The notes: generated from the letters alone by a model not told the origin. A stretch of 32,000 nucleotides of DNA from Herbinix luporum (GCF_900070325.1 NZ_LN879430.1:1015379-1047378), one strand, 5' to 3'; positions 9,954-20,482 are shown, counted from the stretch's first letter. Made by a program: numbers and translations.

Positions 9954-9982
9954 ATTATATATGAAAACCTTATATTTTTCAA
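9954..9982 (-). promoter_or_regulatory. Candidate sigma-A promoter of tyrS
   Basis: On the minus strand: TTGAAA, 17-nt spacer, TATAAT, about 40 nt upstream of the ATG. Confidence 0.45.
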
Positions 9983-10154
9983 TGAATTTTCGATAGCCAT
10001 CAAATAAAGGCTTGTAGAAGAAGATTTGCCTTTAAGTGATGTGGAATATATCTTGTTTGGTTGAAATATAATGAAGTTAAGAATATGTAGATGTTTTGAG
10101 TATACTAATCTTTATATATTCAGCCGGTGAATATATGTAGAAGGAGGGATAGGA

Positions 10155-10757
10155 ATGGATGCCAGTTATGAGGATAAAATCTATAGTCAAATTGAAAAGA
10201 ATCTATCAAACAATATAGATGAAAAATATTATGTACCCATTGAAATGGTAGATAGATACCCTTACATAGATAAAACAAATAATAATGTAAATCAAAGGCA
10301 GGAAGACTCCATATACTTTGATAAAGCTAATATATATAATGAAAATCCAAATAATCAAGTAGGCCAGGCAAGGTTATCCCGGGCTGAATATATCCGCCAA
10401 GCCAGGGAAGCTTGTCTAAGACAACTAAATGCTTATGATACATCAGGCAGAATTAGTGATTATATTTTTAGAGAAGATGATACAGCTAATTCTGTATACG
10501 GAAAAAAGAAAAAGGACAAAGTAAGTAAATTATTTAACCAGGGCAGGGATGAAGAAAATATGGAAAAGGAACTGCTTTCTTATAAATCCTTGGTCATTCG
10601 TACTGTTTGTGCCCTAGTAATATTTTTTAGTCTGTTTATTATTGATAAAATAAAGTTTGAATTAGGAAATTTTACCTATGAAACCATAAGGCACTATGTT
10701 ACAGGCTTTAATCAAATGGATATTATAGAGGAAATAATTGTATCATGGCTTAAATAG
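10155..10757 (+). CDS. Hypothetical protein with one C-terminal TM helix
   Basis: GGAGGG RBS 7 nt upstream of the start. Asn/Asp-rich N-terminal part and TM segment VCALVIFFSLFIIDKI. I recognise no family. Confidence 0.55.
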   Translation: MDASYEDKIYSQIEKNLSNNIDEKYYVPIEMVDRYPYIDKTNNNVNQRQEDSIYFDKANIYNENPNNQVGQARLSRAEYIRQAREACLRQLNAYDTSGRISDYIFREDDTANSVYGKKKKDKVSKLFNQGRDEENMEKELLSYKSLVIRTVCALVIFFSLFIIDKIKFELGNFTYETIRHYVTGFNQMDIIEEIIVSWLK

Positions 10758-10894
10758 GCGGGTTTTTACTTCGTTGTATTTTTTTATCCTATAAGTTATA
10801 ATATTCGATAGACAATCTAGAAAACTTATATTACTAGATTTATTATAGGAAATATCCTAATCTGTCTGCTATGATTTTTTTTAGAAAGGATAAC

Positions 10895-12799
10895 ATGATG
10901 AGAAAATTAGCACTATCAGATGAAATACTCCTTTCCGTAGATAAGCCGGCCCGCTATATCGGCGGAGAGATAAATATGAAGGTAAAGAATCCCAAGGATG
11001 TAGATATAAGATTCTGCATGTGTTTTCCGGATGTATATGAGATTGGTATGTCCCACCTGGGAATTCAGATACTATATGATATACTAAACCGCAGGGATGA
11101 CACCTATTGTGAAAGGGTTTATTCCCCCTGGGTAGATTTGGACAAGCTTATGAGGGAGAAAAAGATCCCTCTTTTTGCTTTAGAAAGCCAGGATCCTGTT
11201 AAGGATTTTGATTTCTTAGGAATTACCATCCAGTATGAGATGTGTTATACCAATATACTACAGGTTCTGGAACTTTCACAGATCCCTATCTATGCCAAGG
11301 ACAGGACAGAAGATGATCCTATTGTCATAGGGGGCGGACCATGTACCTATAATCCGGAACCTATTGCTGATTTCTTTGACTTTTTCTATATAGGTGAAGG
11401 TGAGACAGCATATGATGAGATTCTTGATCTTTATAAGGAATGTAAAGGGTCAGGAAAAACCAGAAGAGAATTTCTAAAACTGGTTGCCCAAATAGAGGGT
11501 ATCTATGTTCCTGCCTTCTATGATGTAGAATATAATGAGGACGGCACTATTAAAAGTTTTACTAAGAATCTTGATACTGCACCGGATAAGGTTAAAAAGC
11601 AAATTGAAATGAATCTGAGCCAAGCCCAGTATCCTACAAAACCCTTAGTACCTTTTATAAAGGTTACTCAGGACAGAGTGGTACTGGAGATTCAAAGAGG
11701 CTGTATCCGTGGTTGTAGATTTTGCCAGGCAGGTATGATTTATCGGCCAAACAGGGAAAGGGATTTGGAATATTTAAAGAAATGTGCATATGAGATGTTA
11801 AAATCCACAGGCCATGAAGAAATTTCTCTAAGTTCCTTAAGTTCCAGTGACTACTCTAAGCTACAGGAATTAGTCTACTTCCTAATTGATGAGTTTGGAA
11901 CAAAAGGTGTAAATATATCCTTGCCCTCCCTTCGTATAGATGCATTTTCCCTTGATGTAATGAGTAGGGTTCAGGATGTAAGAAAAAGCAGCCTAACCTT
12001 TGCTCCTGAAGCGGGAACTCAGAGGCTTAGGGATGTAATAAATAAAGGTCTAACTGAAGAAGATATTCTAAATGGTGCTTCACAAGCCTTTATCAGCGGT
12101 TGGAATAGGGTTAAGCTATACTTTATGATGGGCCTTCCTACGGAAACAGAAGAGGATATAGAAGGGATTGCCATATTATCGGATAAAATAGCAAGAAAAT
12201 ACTATGAAATCCCTAAGGAAGAAAGACAGGGAAAGGTAAATGTTGTAGCTAGTACATCATTTTTTGTACCTAAGCCTTTTACTCCTTTTCAGTGGTCTAG
12301 GATGGATACCCCAGAAGAGTATTTACAAAAGCAGCAGCTGTTAAAAAATAAGATAAATGAACAATTAAACAGAAAAAGTATTAGATATAACTGGCATGAG
12401 GCAGAGTTAAGTCAGTTAGAAGGAGTATTAGCCAGAGGGGATAGAAAACTTAGTAAGGTTATTTATGAAGCTTATAAGGCCGGATGTCTTTATGATTCTT
12501 GGAGTGAATTTTTTGATTATGATAAATGGTTAAAAGCATTTGAAAAAGAGGGTATATCTATTTCGTTTTACAACAGCAGAGAACGTGGAGAAGATGAGAT
12601 TTTCCCTTGGGACTTTATAGATGTCGGTGTAAGCAAGGCATTTCTTCTTCGGGAATACAAAAGAGCAATTAAAAGCACAGTAACTCCTAATTGTAGGCAG
12701 TTATGCTACAACTGTGGTGCTAAGGCATTCGGAGGCGGTGTATGTTTCGAAAATATAAGTGCAAAAGAAAAACCGCAGGAGGTAAAAAGTGAAGGTTAG
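10895..12799 (+). CDS. Radical SAM protein with an N-terminal B12-binding-like domain (resembles the uncharacterised family I recall as TIGR03960)
   Basis: CIRGCRFCQAG is a CxxxCxxC cluster motif. N-terminus is LSVDKPARYIGGE. Start taken at ATG 10895 or 10898, after GAAAGGA. Confidence 0.8.
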   Translation: MMRKLALSDEILLSVDKPARYIGGEINMKVKNPKDVDIRFCMCFPDVYEIGMSHLGIQILYDILNRRDDTYCERVYSPWVDLDKLMREKKIPLFALESQDPVKDFDFLGITIQYEMCYTNILQVLELSQIPIYAKDRTEDDPIVIGGGPCTYNPEPIADFFDFFYIGEGETAYDEILDLYKECKGSGKTRREFLKLVAQIEGIYVPAFYDVEYNEDGTIKSFTKNLDTAPDKVKKQIEMNLSQAQYPTKPLVPFIKVTQDRVVLEIQRGCIRGCRFCQAGMIYRPNRERDLEYLKKCAYEMLKSTGHEEISLSSLSSSDYSKLQELVYFLIDEFGTKGVNISLPSLRIDAFSLDVMSRVQDVRKSSLTFAPEAGTQRLRDVINKGLTEEDILNGASQAFISGWNRVKLYFMMGLPTETEEDIEGIAILSDKIARKYYEIPKEERQGKVNVVASTSFFVPKPFTPFQWSRMDTPEEYLQKQQLLKNKINEQLNRKSIRYNWHEAELSQLEGVLARGDRKLSKVIYEAYKAGCLYDSWSEFFDYDKWLKAFEKEGISISFYNSRERGEDEIFPWDFIDVGVSKAFLLREYKRAIKSTVTPNCRQLCYNCGAKAFGGGVCFENISAKEKPQEVKSEG

Positions 12800-13625
12800 A
12801 ATTAAATTTAAAAAATATGGTGCCATGAAATTTATCGGTCATTTGGATGTAATGCGGTATTTTCAGAAAGCTTTTCGTAGAGCAGATTATGACAGTGAAT
12901 ATACCAAAGGATTTAATCCCCATCAGATTATGTCTTTTGCGGCACCTTTAGGGCTTGGATTAACCAGTGATGGTGAATATGTAGATATAAGCCTAAATTC
13001 AAGCAAATCCCCTGAGGATATGGTTAAGGCTATAAATGAGGTTATGTCAGAGGGATTTTTAGTTACCGGCTTTCGTATATTAAGGGAGCCTAAGGAAAAT
13101 GAAAAACATGTGACTGCCATGTCCTTGATATCATCGGCTGATTATTTAATTTCCCTAAAGGATGGTTATTCTTTAGGTGAAGAAATCCTATCCGGCAAAG
13201 ACTTTAGGAAGGCATTTGAGAAATTTTATAGTAAATCAGAAATTATTATTAACAAAAAGACCAAGACCAGCGAAAAACTGGTCAATATAAGACCTATGAT
13301 TAGCCTGGTATCCTATGATGAAAAAGAATATAAAGAAAAATTAAGGGATAAATTAATGAATGTCACAAGGCCGGAAAACGGGGAAAAAAGTTATTTTCTT
13401 GATATAGAAAGTATGGCCCAAGTCTATGACAATGATATTAAGGTATATCTTCAACTGGATACGGGAAGTGTATCTAATCTGAAGCCGGAACTTGTTATGG
13501 AAGCCTTTTGTAAAGATAATAATATAGAATATAATTCATTTGCTTGGCAAGTTCATAGACTAGAGCTTTATACTAGGGATGAAAAGACTAAAAAATTAAT
13601 TCCGCTTGATCATTTGGATAAGTAG
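12789..13625 (+). CDS. Radical-SAM-linked partner protein (DUF2344 / TIGR03936-like, from memory)
   Basis: MKVRIKFKKYGAMKFIGHLDVMRYFQKAFRRA N-terminus. The GTG start is 6 nt after GGAGG and overlaps the upstream stop by 11 nt (translational coupling). Confidence 0.75.
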   Translation: MKVRIKFKKYGAMKFIGHLDVMRYFQKAFRRADYDSEYTKGFNPHQIMSFAAPLGLGLTSDGEYVDISLNSSKSPEDMVKAINEVMSEGFLVTGFRILREPKENEKHVTAMSLISSADYLISLKDGYSLGEEILSGKDFRKAFEKFYSKSEIIINKKTKTSEKLVNIRPMISLVSYDEKEYKEKLRDKLMNVTRPENGEKSYFLDIESMAQVYDNDIKVYLQLDTGSVSNLKPELVMEAFCKDNNIEYNSFAWQVHRLELYTRDEKTKKLIPLDHLDK

Positions 13626-13643
13626 GATGCGGGGGATGCTTTT

Positions 13644-14876
13644 ATGAGTCATAAGATTATTATTACAAGGCAAGATCATACTATAATCTCTGCATTATTT
13701 GAAGGGAAGGATATGGTGCAAGTATCCCTAAATCCTGATAATGAGGAGAATATTCTAGGCAATATTTATCTTGGTAAAGTAAAAAATATTGTTAAAAACA
13801 TAAATGCTGCCTTTGTTGAAATTGAAGAGGGCAGGATGTGTTACTTTTCAATGAAGGAAAATCCCTATCCCATCCTTGCCAATCAGGCCTGTGATGATAA
13901 GGAAGCTTCCCTTAAGGAAACTCAGATTAAGATAGGTGATGAGCTGATTGTTCAGGTTACCAAGGAAGATGTTAAGACCAAGGCACCTGTAGTCAGCTCC
14001 AATATCAACCTGACCGGAAAATATGTAGCTTTAACCTATGGAAAAACCTCTATTGGAGTATCCAAAAAGATTGAGGATCAAGCAGAGCGGCAGAGACTTC
14101 GATCATTGGTAAAACCCTATGTCAGTAAGGAATTTGGTTTTATAGTCAGAACTAATTCAGCTTATATGTCTGATCAATTGATAATTAATGAAATAAATAA
14201 TCTTATAGAAACTTTTAAAAACATAAGAAGATACGGAGTTCATAAAAGCAGATTTTCATTATTATATAGTACACCACCGGCTTATATTTGTGATATTAGA
14301 GACGGATATGCAGATAGGGTTGATGAATTTGTAACCGATGATGCAAGGCTTTATGAAAATATTAAGGAGTATCTGACACAACATCAGCCGGAAGATATGG
14401 CAAAGTTAAGATTATATCAAGATGATAATATAAGCTTATGGACCCTCTATGGAATTAAGGAGAAGCTAAAGGAGGCACTTAAGCCCAAAGTTTGGTTAAA
14501 ATCAGGGGGTTCTCTTATAATTCAGCCCACGGAAGCCTTAACGGCAATAGATGTCAATACAGGAAAGGCAGTGGCAGGAAAGAAAAAGGTTCAAGAAACC
14601 TTTTTAAAGATCAATTTAGAAGCAGCAAAAGAAATTGCAAAACAAATACGGTTACGGAATTTAAGCGGAATAATTATAATTGATTTTATCGATATGGAAT
14701 TAGAAAAAGATAAAGAGTTACTAATGAGAGAACTAGAAGAATATCTAAAAAAAGATCCAATTAAAACAACCCTTGTGGATATGACAGCCTTAGGTTTAGT
14801 AGAGGTTACAAGAATGAAGCTAAGAAAACCTTTACACGAACAGCTTCCTTTTATCGATACTATACTTCAACAATGA
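13644..14876 (+). CDS. rng: Rne/Rng-family ribonuclease (RNase G-like)
   Basis: S1-like GNIYLGKVKNIVKNINAAFVEI and catalytic-core-like LTAIDVNTGK ... GIIIIDFIDM. Starts 18 nt after the upstream gene. Confidence 0.85.
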   Translation: MSHKIIITRQDHTIISALFEGKDMVQVSLNPDNEENILGNIYLGKVKNIVKNINAAFVEIEEGRMCYFSMKENPYPILANQACDDKEASLKETQIKIGDELIVQVTKEDVKTKAPVVSSNINLTGKYVALTYGKTSIGVSKKIEDQAERQRLRSLVKPYVSKEFGFIVRTNSAYMSDQLIINEINNLIETFKNIRRYGVHKSRFSLLYSTPPAYICDIRDGYADRVDEFVTDDARLYENIKEYLTQHQPEDMAKLRLYQDDNISLWTLYGIKEKLKEALKPKVWLKSGGSLIIQPTEALTAIDVNTGKAVAGKKKVQETFLKINLEAAKEIAKQIRLRNLSGIIIIDFIDMELEKDKELLMRELEEYLKKDPIKTTLVDMTALGLVEVTRMKLRKPLHEQLPFIDTILQQ

Positions 14877-14922
14877 TTAAATTAGGTCATTGAGTTTTAG
14901 CTACGTGCTTGTAAAATTTTAA

Positions 14923-14951
14923 TTGACATTTTTTAAGGTATATGCTAACAT
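14923..14951 (+). promoter_or_regulatory. Sigma-A promoter for rplU-prp-rpmA
   Basis: TTGACA (14923-14928), 17-nt spacer, TGcTAACAT extended -10 (TAACAT at 14946-14951). Confidence 0.6.
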
Positions 14952-15034
14952 AATTTAGTGTGCCGCACAATGGGGTATAAGTTCCGTTTATACGGACACC
15001 GTAGTTGGCGAGTAATGATAATAGGAGGTGCCAT
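14952..15034 (+). promoter_or_regulatory. Candidate L21 leader (autoregulatory 5' UTR of rplU)
   Basis: About 80-nt UTR with small hairpins (GTGC-c-GCAC; CCGT-ttat-ACGG), in the position where Firmicutes carry the L21 leader. The structure was not verified. Confidence 0.35.
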
Positions 15035-15343
15035 ATGTACGCAATTATTGCAACTGGTGGAAAACAGTACAAGGTAGCGGAAGGCGATATCATTAAAGTT
15101 GAGAAGCTTGGCCTAGAAGCTGGCCAAGAAGTTACTTTTGACCAAGTACTAGCTGTAAATAACGGTAAAATGATTGTTGGAAATCCTACAGTAGCAAATG
15201 CTAATGTTACAGCAACTGTTGTTGAAGAAGGTAAAAACAGAAAAGTTGTTGTATACAGATACAAAGCTAAAAAAGGATATAACAAGAAAAAAGGTCATAG
15301 ACAGCCATATACCAAAGTTAAGATTGAAAAGATCAATGCATAG
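15035..15343 (+). CDS. rplU: 50S ribosomal protein L21
   Basis: [14 protein letters not shown]... ATG at 15035 follows AGGAGG; the track's TTG at 15005 is an over-extension. Confidence 0.95.
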   Translation: MYAIIATGGKQYKVAEGDIIKVEKLGLEAGQEVTFDQVLAVNNGKMIVGNPTVANANVTATVVEEGKNRKVVVYRYKAKKGYNKKKGHRQPYTKVKIEKINA

Positions 15344-15356
15344 GTAATGGTATATT

Positions 15357-15698
15357 ATGATTAAAGTAACCATTTATAAAGATAAAGATAATTTGATTAC
15401 AGGTTTTAAGGTGCTAGGACATGCAGGTTATGGCCAAGAGGGCAATGATGTTGTATGTGCAGCAGTATCTGCCTTGGTAATCAATACAATAAATTCTATT
15501 GAATATTTTACTTCTGATACTTTTGATTATAGTGAAGATGAAAAAAGTGGTTTAATAGAATTTCACCTGACTAGCCCCATAAGTAAAAATGGAAATTTAC
15601 TCCTTAGTTCACTGGCCTATGGACTTCATGGAATAAAAAAGGAATGTAAGGGTAAGTATATTTCAATATCCGAGAGGGTCAGTCAAAAGAATAAGTAA
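15357..15698 (+). CDS. prp: Ribosomal-processing cysteine protease Prp (YsxB family)
   Basis: GHAGYGQEGNDVVCAAVSAL motif, and the conserved position between rplU and rpmA. Confidence 0.85.
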   Translation: MIKVTIYKDKDNLITGFKVLGHAGYGQEGNDVVCAAVSALVINTINSIEYFTSDTFDYSEDEKSGLIEFHLTSPISKNGNLLLSSLAYGLHGIKKECKGKYISISERVSQKNK

Positions 15699-15772
15699 AG
15701 TAGCAGGCAGATTCAGCTTGAATTTATATAGTGGATTTGCACGGTTTGATTATAAACTAGGAGGTGTAAAAC

Positions 15773-16060
15773 ATGTTAAGAATGAACCTTCAATTTTTTG
15801 CTCACAAGAAGGGTGTAGGTTCCTCAAAGAACGGTAGGGATTCTGAATCCAAGAGACTTGGCGCAAAAAGAGCTGACGGACAGTTTGTTCGTGCCGGTAA
15901 TATTCTTTATAGACAGCGTGGAACAAAGATACATCCGGGACTTAATGTAGGTCGTGGTAGTGATGATACATTATTTGCATTAGTAGACGGTGTTCTTCGC
16001 TTCGAAAGAAAAGGCAGAGACAAGAAACAGGCAAGTGTTTATCCTGTAGAGAGTGTATAA
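15773..16060 (+). CDS. rpmA: 50S ribosomal protein L27 with an N-terminal propeptide
   Basis: MLRMNLQFF|[21 protein letters not shown]. The 9-aa extension ending FF-A is the known Prp cleavage context. AGGAGG RBS. Confidence 0.95.
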   Translation: MLRMNLQFFAHKKGVGSSKNGRDSESKRLGAKRADGQFVRAGNILYRQRGTKIHPGLNVGRGSDDTLFALVDGVLRFERKGRDKKQASVYPVESV

Positions 16061-16080
16061 AAGCAGATACATGTGATGAT

Positions 16081-16121
16081 AACCCCAAATTCCTATGCAG
16101 CATGAATTTGGGGTTCTTTTA
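16081..16121 (+). terminator. Rho-independent terminator after rpmA
   Basis: AACCCCAAATTC pairs with GAATTTGGGGTT, followed by CTTTT. Confidence 0.75.
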
Positions 16122-16339
16122 TGTTTATTGTTTATTATGGTGGTTGTTATTACCATAAATTCAGATTATAATAAGCATTATAGGAATTGGTAATAATACA
16201 AGTACATAATACAATATCATTCTATCTTAGATACATCCATGGAACTCATGAGATTTATTTAAGAAAGCTTGATAAATGTCATGAATTACATGAATTGAAT
16301 GTAAAATTTCTTATCTAGTAGTTGGTAGTTCTTGCTTAA

Positions 16340-17638
<1,299 letters not shown>

Positions 17639-17691
17639 GCTAATTATTTAAATTATTTATACTAATATGTAATTATGGAAGGGAGTGCTTT

Positions 17692-18000
17692 ATGACAACA
17701 AAGCAACGGGCTTATTTAAAAGGATTAGCCATGAAGATAGATCCGATTTATCAAATCGGAAAATCAGCATTAACTCCTGAAATTACTCAAGGAGTTGCTG
17801 AGGCTTTAGAAGCAAGGGAATTAATAAAGATAAATGTTTTGAAAAATTGTATTGAAGACATTAATGTAATGGCACAAACTCTTGCAGAAAGAACTCGTTC
17901 GGAAGTAGTTCAGGTTATCGGAAGAAAGATTGTATTATATAAGGAATCCAAAGATAAAAAGAAGATTGTCTTACCCCCGGATAAAAAGATAAAGGATTAA
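17692..18000 (+). CDS. yhbY: YhbY-type CRM-domain RNA-binding protein (ribosome assembly)
   Basis: KQRAYLKGLA...IGKSALTPE...ELIKI pattern, and the conserved position between obg and nadD. Confidence 0.85.
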   Translation: MTTKQRAYLKGLAMKIDPIYQIGKSALTPEITQGVAEALEARELIKINVLKNCIEDINVMAQTLAERTRSEVVQVIGRKIVLYKESKDKKKIVLPPDKKIKD

Positions 18001-18039
18001 ACATAATCTGATATTTACTTTGCGAAAGGAAGAAAATCA

Positions 18040-18642
18040 ATGAAAAAGATAGGAATTATGGGTGGAACCTTTGATCCTATCCATAATGGCCATTTATTTT
18101 TGGCGGAGCATGCATATGAGCAAGCGGGCTTAGATTATGTACTGTTTATGCCAACCATGAACCCTCCCCATAAGGCTGGAATAACCGTAGTATCCGGTGA
18201 ACATAGATTAAATATGGTAAGACTTGCTCTAAAAGACAATCCTAATTTTAGACTATCGGATTTGGAGCTTAATAGACCCGGTTTAACTTATACATCAGAT
18301 ACTTTAGAGGTTCTAAAAAACAGGGAGCCTGATAATGACTATTATTTTATCTTAGGAGCAGACTCCCTTATGATGATACCCCAATGGAAGGATCCTCAGA
18401 CTATATTTAACCTAAGTACTATTGTTGCAGGGGGAAGAATTCAATTTTCAATGGAGCAACTTAAAGAACAGGCTGAATATCTAGAGAAGACCTATAAGGG
18501 AAAGATAATTTTACTGGATATGCCCATTATGGAGATATCATCAGAAAAGATCCGTAAAAGGATTAAGGAGGGTAAGTCTATACGGTATTATGTACCAGGT
18601 GAGGTGCTAACTTATATAAATGATCATAATCTATATAGCTAA
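18040..18642 (+). CDS. nadD: Nicotinate-nucleotide adenylyltransferase
   Basis: GIMGGTFDPIHNGH (the (H/T)xGH nucleotidyltransferase motif) and ISSEKIR near the C-terminus. Confidence 0.9.
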   Translation: MKKIGIMGGTFDPIHNGHLFLAEHAYEQAGLDYVLFMPTMNPPHKAGITVVSGEHRLNMVRLALKDNPNFRLSDLELNRPGLTYTSDTLEVLKNREPDNDYYFILGADSLMMIPQWKDPQTIFNLSTIVAGGRIQFSMEQLKEQAEYLEKTYKGKIILLDMPIMEISSEKIRKRIKEGKSIRYYVPGEVLTYINDHNLYS

Positions 18643-18696
18643 TACTATTATGTAAATAAAGTAGCAGCAATTAAGTCCAAAATATGAGGTAATTAT

Positions 18697-19269
18697 ATGG
18701 AAGATATTCTAAGCAAATTAAGAGATAGCATGAAACAGGTATTATCAGAAAATAGATATCGCCATGTATTAGGTGTAGAAGAGGTTTGTTATGATTTAGC
18801 TTTGATTTTTGGATATGATACTATAAAAGCTAGCATAGCAGGAATACTTCATGATTGTGCAAAGCATTTGACAGCTGAGGAACTAATCCGGGAATGTAAA
18901 AAAAACAACTTGGAAATAACAGAAACCGAACGAATGCAACCTTTACTTCTTCATGCTAAGCTAGGTGCAATCTATGCTAAAGAAAAATATAATATATTAG
19001 ACGAAGACATTCTAAAAGCAATCAGATACCATAATACAGGCAGGCCCGCTATGTCTAAGCTTGAGAAAATTCTATACATTGCCGATTTTATTGAGCCTAA
19101 CAGAAAGAATATTCCTGTACTTGATAAAGCAAGAGAAGCAGCCTATCAAGATTTAGACCGGGCTCTTGTTATAATAACAGGCAGTATTCTTAATTATCTA
19201 ACAGAAAAAGATGAAATAATAGATAACTTAACAAAGGACACATATGAATATTATGTGAACCTAGGTTAA
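18697..19269 (+). CDS. yqeK: HD-domain bis(5'-nucleosyl)-tetraphosphatase, YqeK family
   Basis: HVLGV...LHDCAK (the HD motif), and the conserved nadD-yqeK-rsfS order. Confidence 0.85.
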   Translation: MEDILSKLRDSMKQVLSENRYRHVLGVEEVCYDLALIFGYDTIKASIAGILHDCAKHLTAEELIRECKKNNLEITETERMQPLLLHAKLGAIYAKEKYNILDEDILKAIRYHNTGRPAMSKLEKILYIADFIEPNRKNIPVLDKAREAAYQDLDRALVIITGSILNYLTEKDEIIDNLTKDTYEYYVNLG

Positions 19270-19295
19270 GTTAATAATATAACTTGGAGGTAGAT

Positions 19296-19646
19296 ATGGA
19301 TAATTCAAGGGAAATGGTAAAACTAGCTTACGACGCTCTAGAAGATAAAAAAGGAGAAGATATTCAGATAATTGATATTAAGGATATATCGATTATTGCA
19401 GATTATTTTATTATTGCTAACGGAACTAATGCTCAGCAAGTAGATTCTTTGGTAGAATCGGTTAAGGATAAATTAGGTAGGAATGGTTATGAACCCCAGC
19501 GAATTGAAGGAGTAAAAAGTGCAGGTTGGATACTGATGGATTATGGGGATCTTATCGTCCATGTATTTTCTAAGGAAGATCGTTTATTTTACGATTTGGA
19601 AAGAATCTGGAGAGACGGAAAAACTATTACTATAGATCAGCTATAA
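19296..19646 (+). CDS. rsfS: Ribosome silencing factor RsfS
   Basis: LEDKKGEDIQIIDI...DYFIIANG...WILMDYGDLIVHVF...YDLERIW. ATG at 19296 follows GGAGG. Confidence 0.9.
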   Translation: MDNSREMVKLAYDALEDKKGEDIQIIDIKDISIIADYFIIANGTNAQQVDSLVESVKDKLGRNGYEPQRIEGVKSAGWILMDYGDLIVHVFSKEDRLFYDLERIWRDGKTITIDQL

Positions 19647-19649
19647 AAT

Positions 19650-19718
19650 AAAGGTGTCAGGTACTTATAACAGATTTGAACTTGCGTTCACAGCTTGTTA
19701 ACAGTACCTGGCACCTTT
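19650..19718. repeat. 69-nt imperfect palindromic element acting as a convergent (bidirectional) terminator hairpin between rsfS and lexA
   Basis: Arms are AAAGGTGTCAGGTAC (19650-19664) and GTACCTGGCACCTTT (19704-19718). Pairing extends inward imperfectly. The right arm belongs to the same repeat family as 921-952. Confidence 0.6.
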
Positions 19719-20332
19719 TAAAATATACGGAAAAGTCCGATAACAACTCCTAGTATCTGTAAATCCGATACTATAATAGGCTCCATGGTGTCGTTTTCAG
19801 GTTGTAAGCGGAAATGACCGCCTTCTTTATAAAATGTCTTTACAGTAACTTCATCATCTATAAGTGCTACTACATAGTCTCCGTTCTTTGCATGGGATTG
19901 CTTTTGGACAAGTATTTTATCACCGTCATAAATGCCTGCGTTAATCATGCTGTCGCCCTTAACTTTTAACATAAATGTTTCTATATTGGGCATATATTCA
20001 GAAGGAATAGGAAAGTAGCTCTCTATATTTTCAACAGCCAGAACCGGATGTCCTGCTGTAATAGTTCCTACAATAGGGACATTGATAAGTTCTCGTCTGG
20101 TGAGGTTGAACTCGTCATCTATAATTTCAATTGCCCTTGGTTTAGATGGATCTCGGCGGATATAACCGTTTTTTTCAAGAGATTCTAGATGTGAGTGAAC
20201 AGAAGAAGTTGATTTTAGTTTAACTGCTTCACAAATTTCACGAACGGCTGGGGGGTATCCTTTGTTAATAATCTGAGATTTTATAAATTCAAGAATCTCT
20301 TTCTGCTTATTACTTATCCTGCCATATCCCAT
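19718..20332 (-). CDS. lexA: LexA repressor
   Basis: wHTH (YPPAVREICEAVKLKSTSSVHSHLESLEKNGYI), cleavage region VGTITAG, and S24 peptidase GDSM with a downstream K. ATG (MGYGR) at 20332 follows GAGGAGG. Confidence 0.95.
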   Translation of the reverse strand: MGYGRISNKQKEILEFIKSQIINKGYPPAVREICEAVKLKSTSSVHSHLESLEKNGYIRRDPSKPRAIEIIDDEFNLTRRELINVPIVGTITAGHPVLAVENIESYFPIPSEYMPNIETFMLKVKGDSMINAGIYDGDKILVQKQSHAKNGDYVVALIDDEVTVKTFYKEGGHFRLQPENDTMEPIIVSDLQILGVVIGLFRIF

Positions 20333-20415
20333 ATGTATCTGCCTCCTCATATATTTTAATACCTTTATTTATTCCATAATCTCATCAAATATTATATTTG
20401 TTAAATATTATGCTT

Positions 20416-20444
20416 AGTATAACATACTTGGCAGTAAAATGCAA
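20416..20444 (-). promoter_or_regulatory. Candidate lexA promoter
   Basis: On the minus strand: TTGCAT, 17-nt spacer, TATACT. The -35 overlaps the SOS box at 20443-20456. Confidence 0.45.
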
Positions 20445-20456
20445 AACTTATGTTCT
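20443..20456. promoter_or_regulatory. LexA (Cheo-type) box candidate A
   Basis: AAAACTTATGTTCT compared with the Firmicute consensus CGAAC-N4-GTTCG. The AAC-N4-GTTC core is intact. Confidence 0.55.
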
Positions 20457-20462
20457 GAAAAA

Positions 20463-20476
20463 CGAAAAAACGTTTG
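20463..20476. promoter_or_regulatory. LexA box candidate B (weak)
   Basis: CGAAAAAACGTTTG matches 8 of 10 specified positions, but both core C/G positions are lost. Confidence 0.3.
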
Positions 20477-20482
20477 TAAAAA

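Noticed and set aside
9913-10154. A possible T-box leader upstream of tyrS.
   Set aside because: I read the minus strand. There is no AGAGA/GNUGNGA stem I element, no T-box sequence (GGGTGGTACCGCG-like) and no terminator. A good promoter sits only about 40 nt from the ATG.
16121-16171. 16-codon ORF (MFIVYYGGCYYHKFRL) directly after the rpmA terminator.
   Set aside because: It has no RBS, and its start lies in the terminator T-tract. It is most likely chance.
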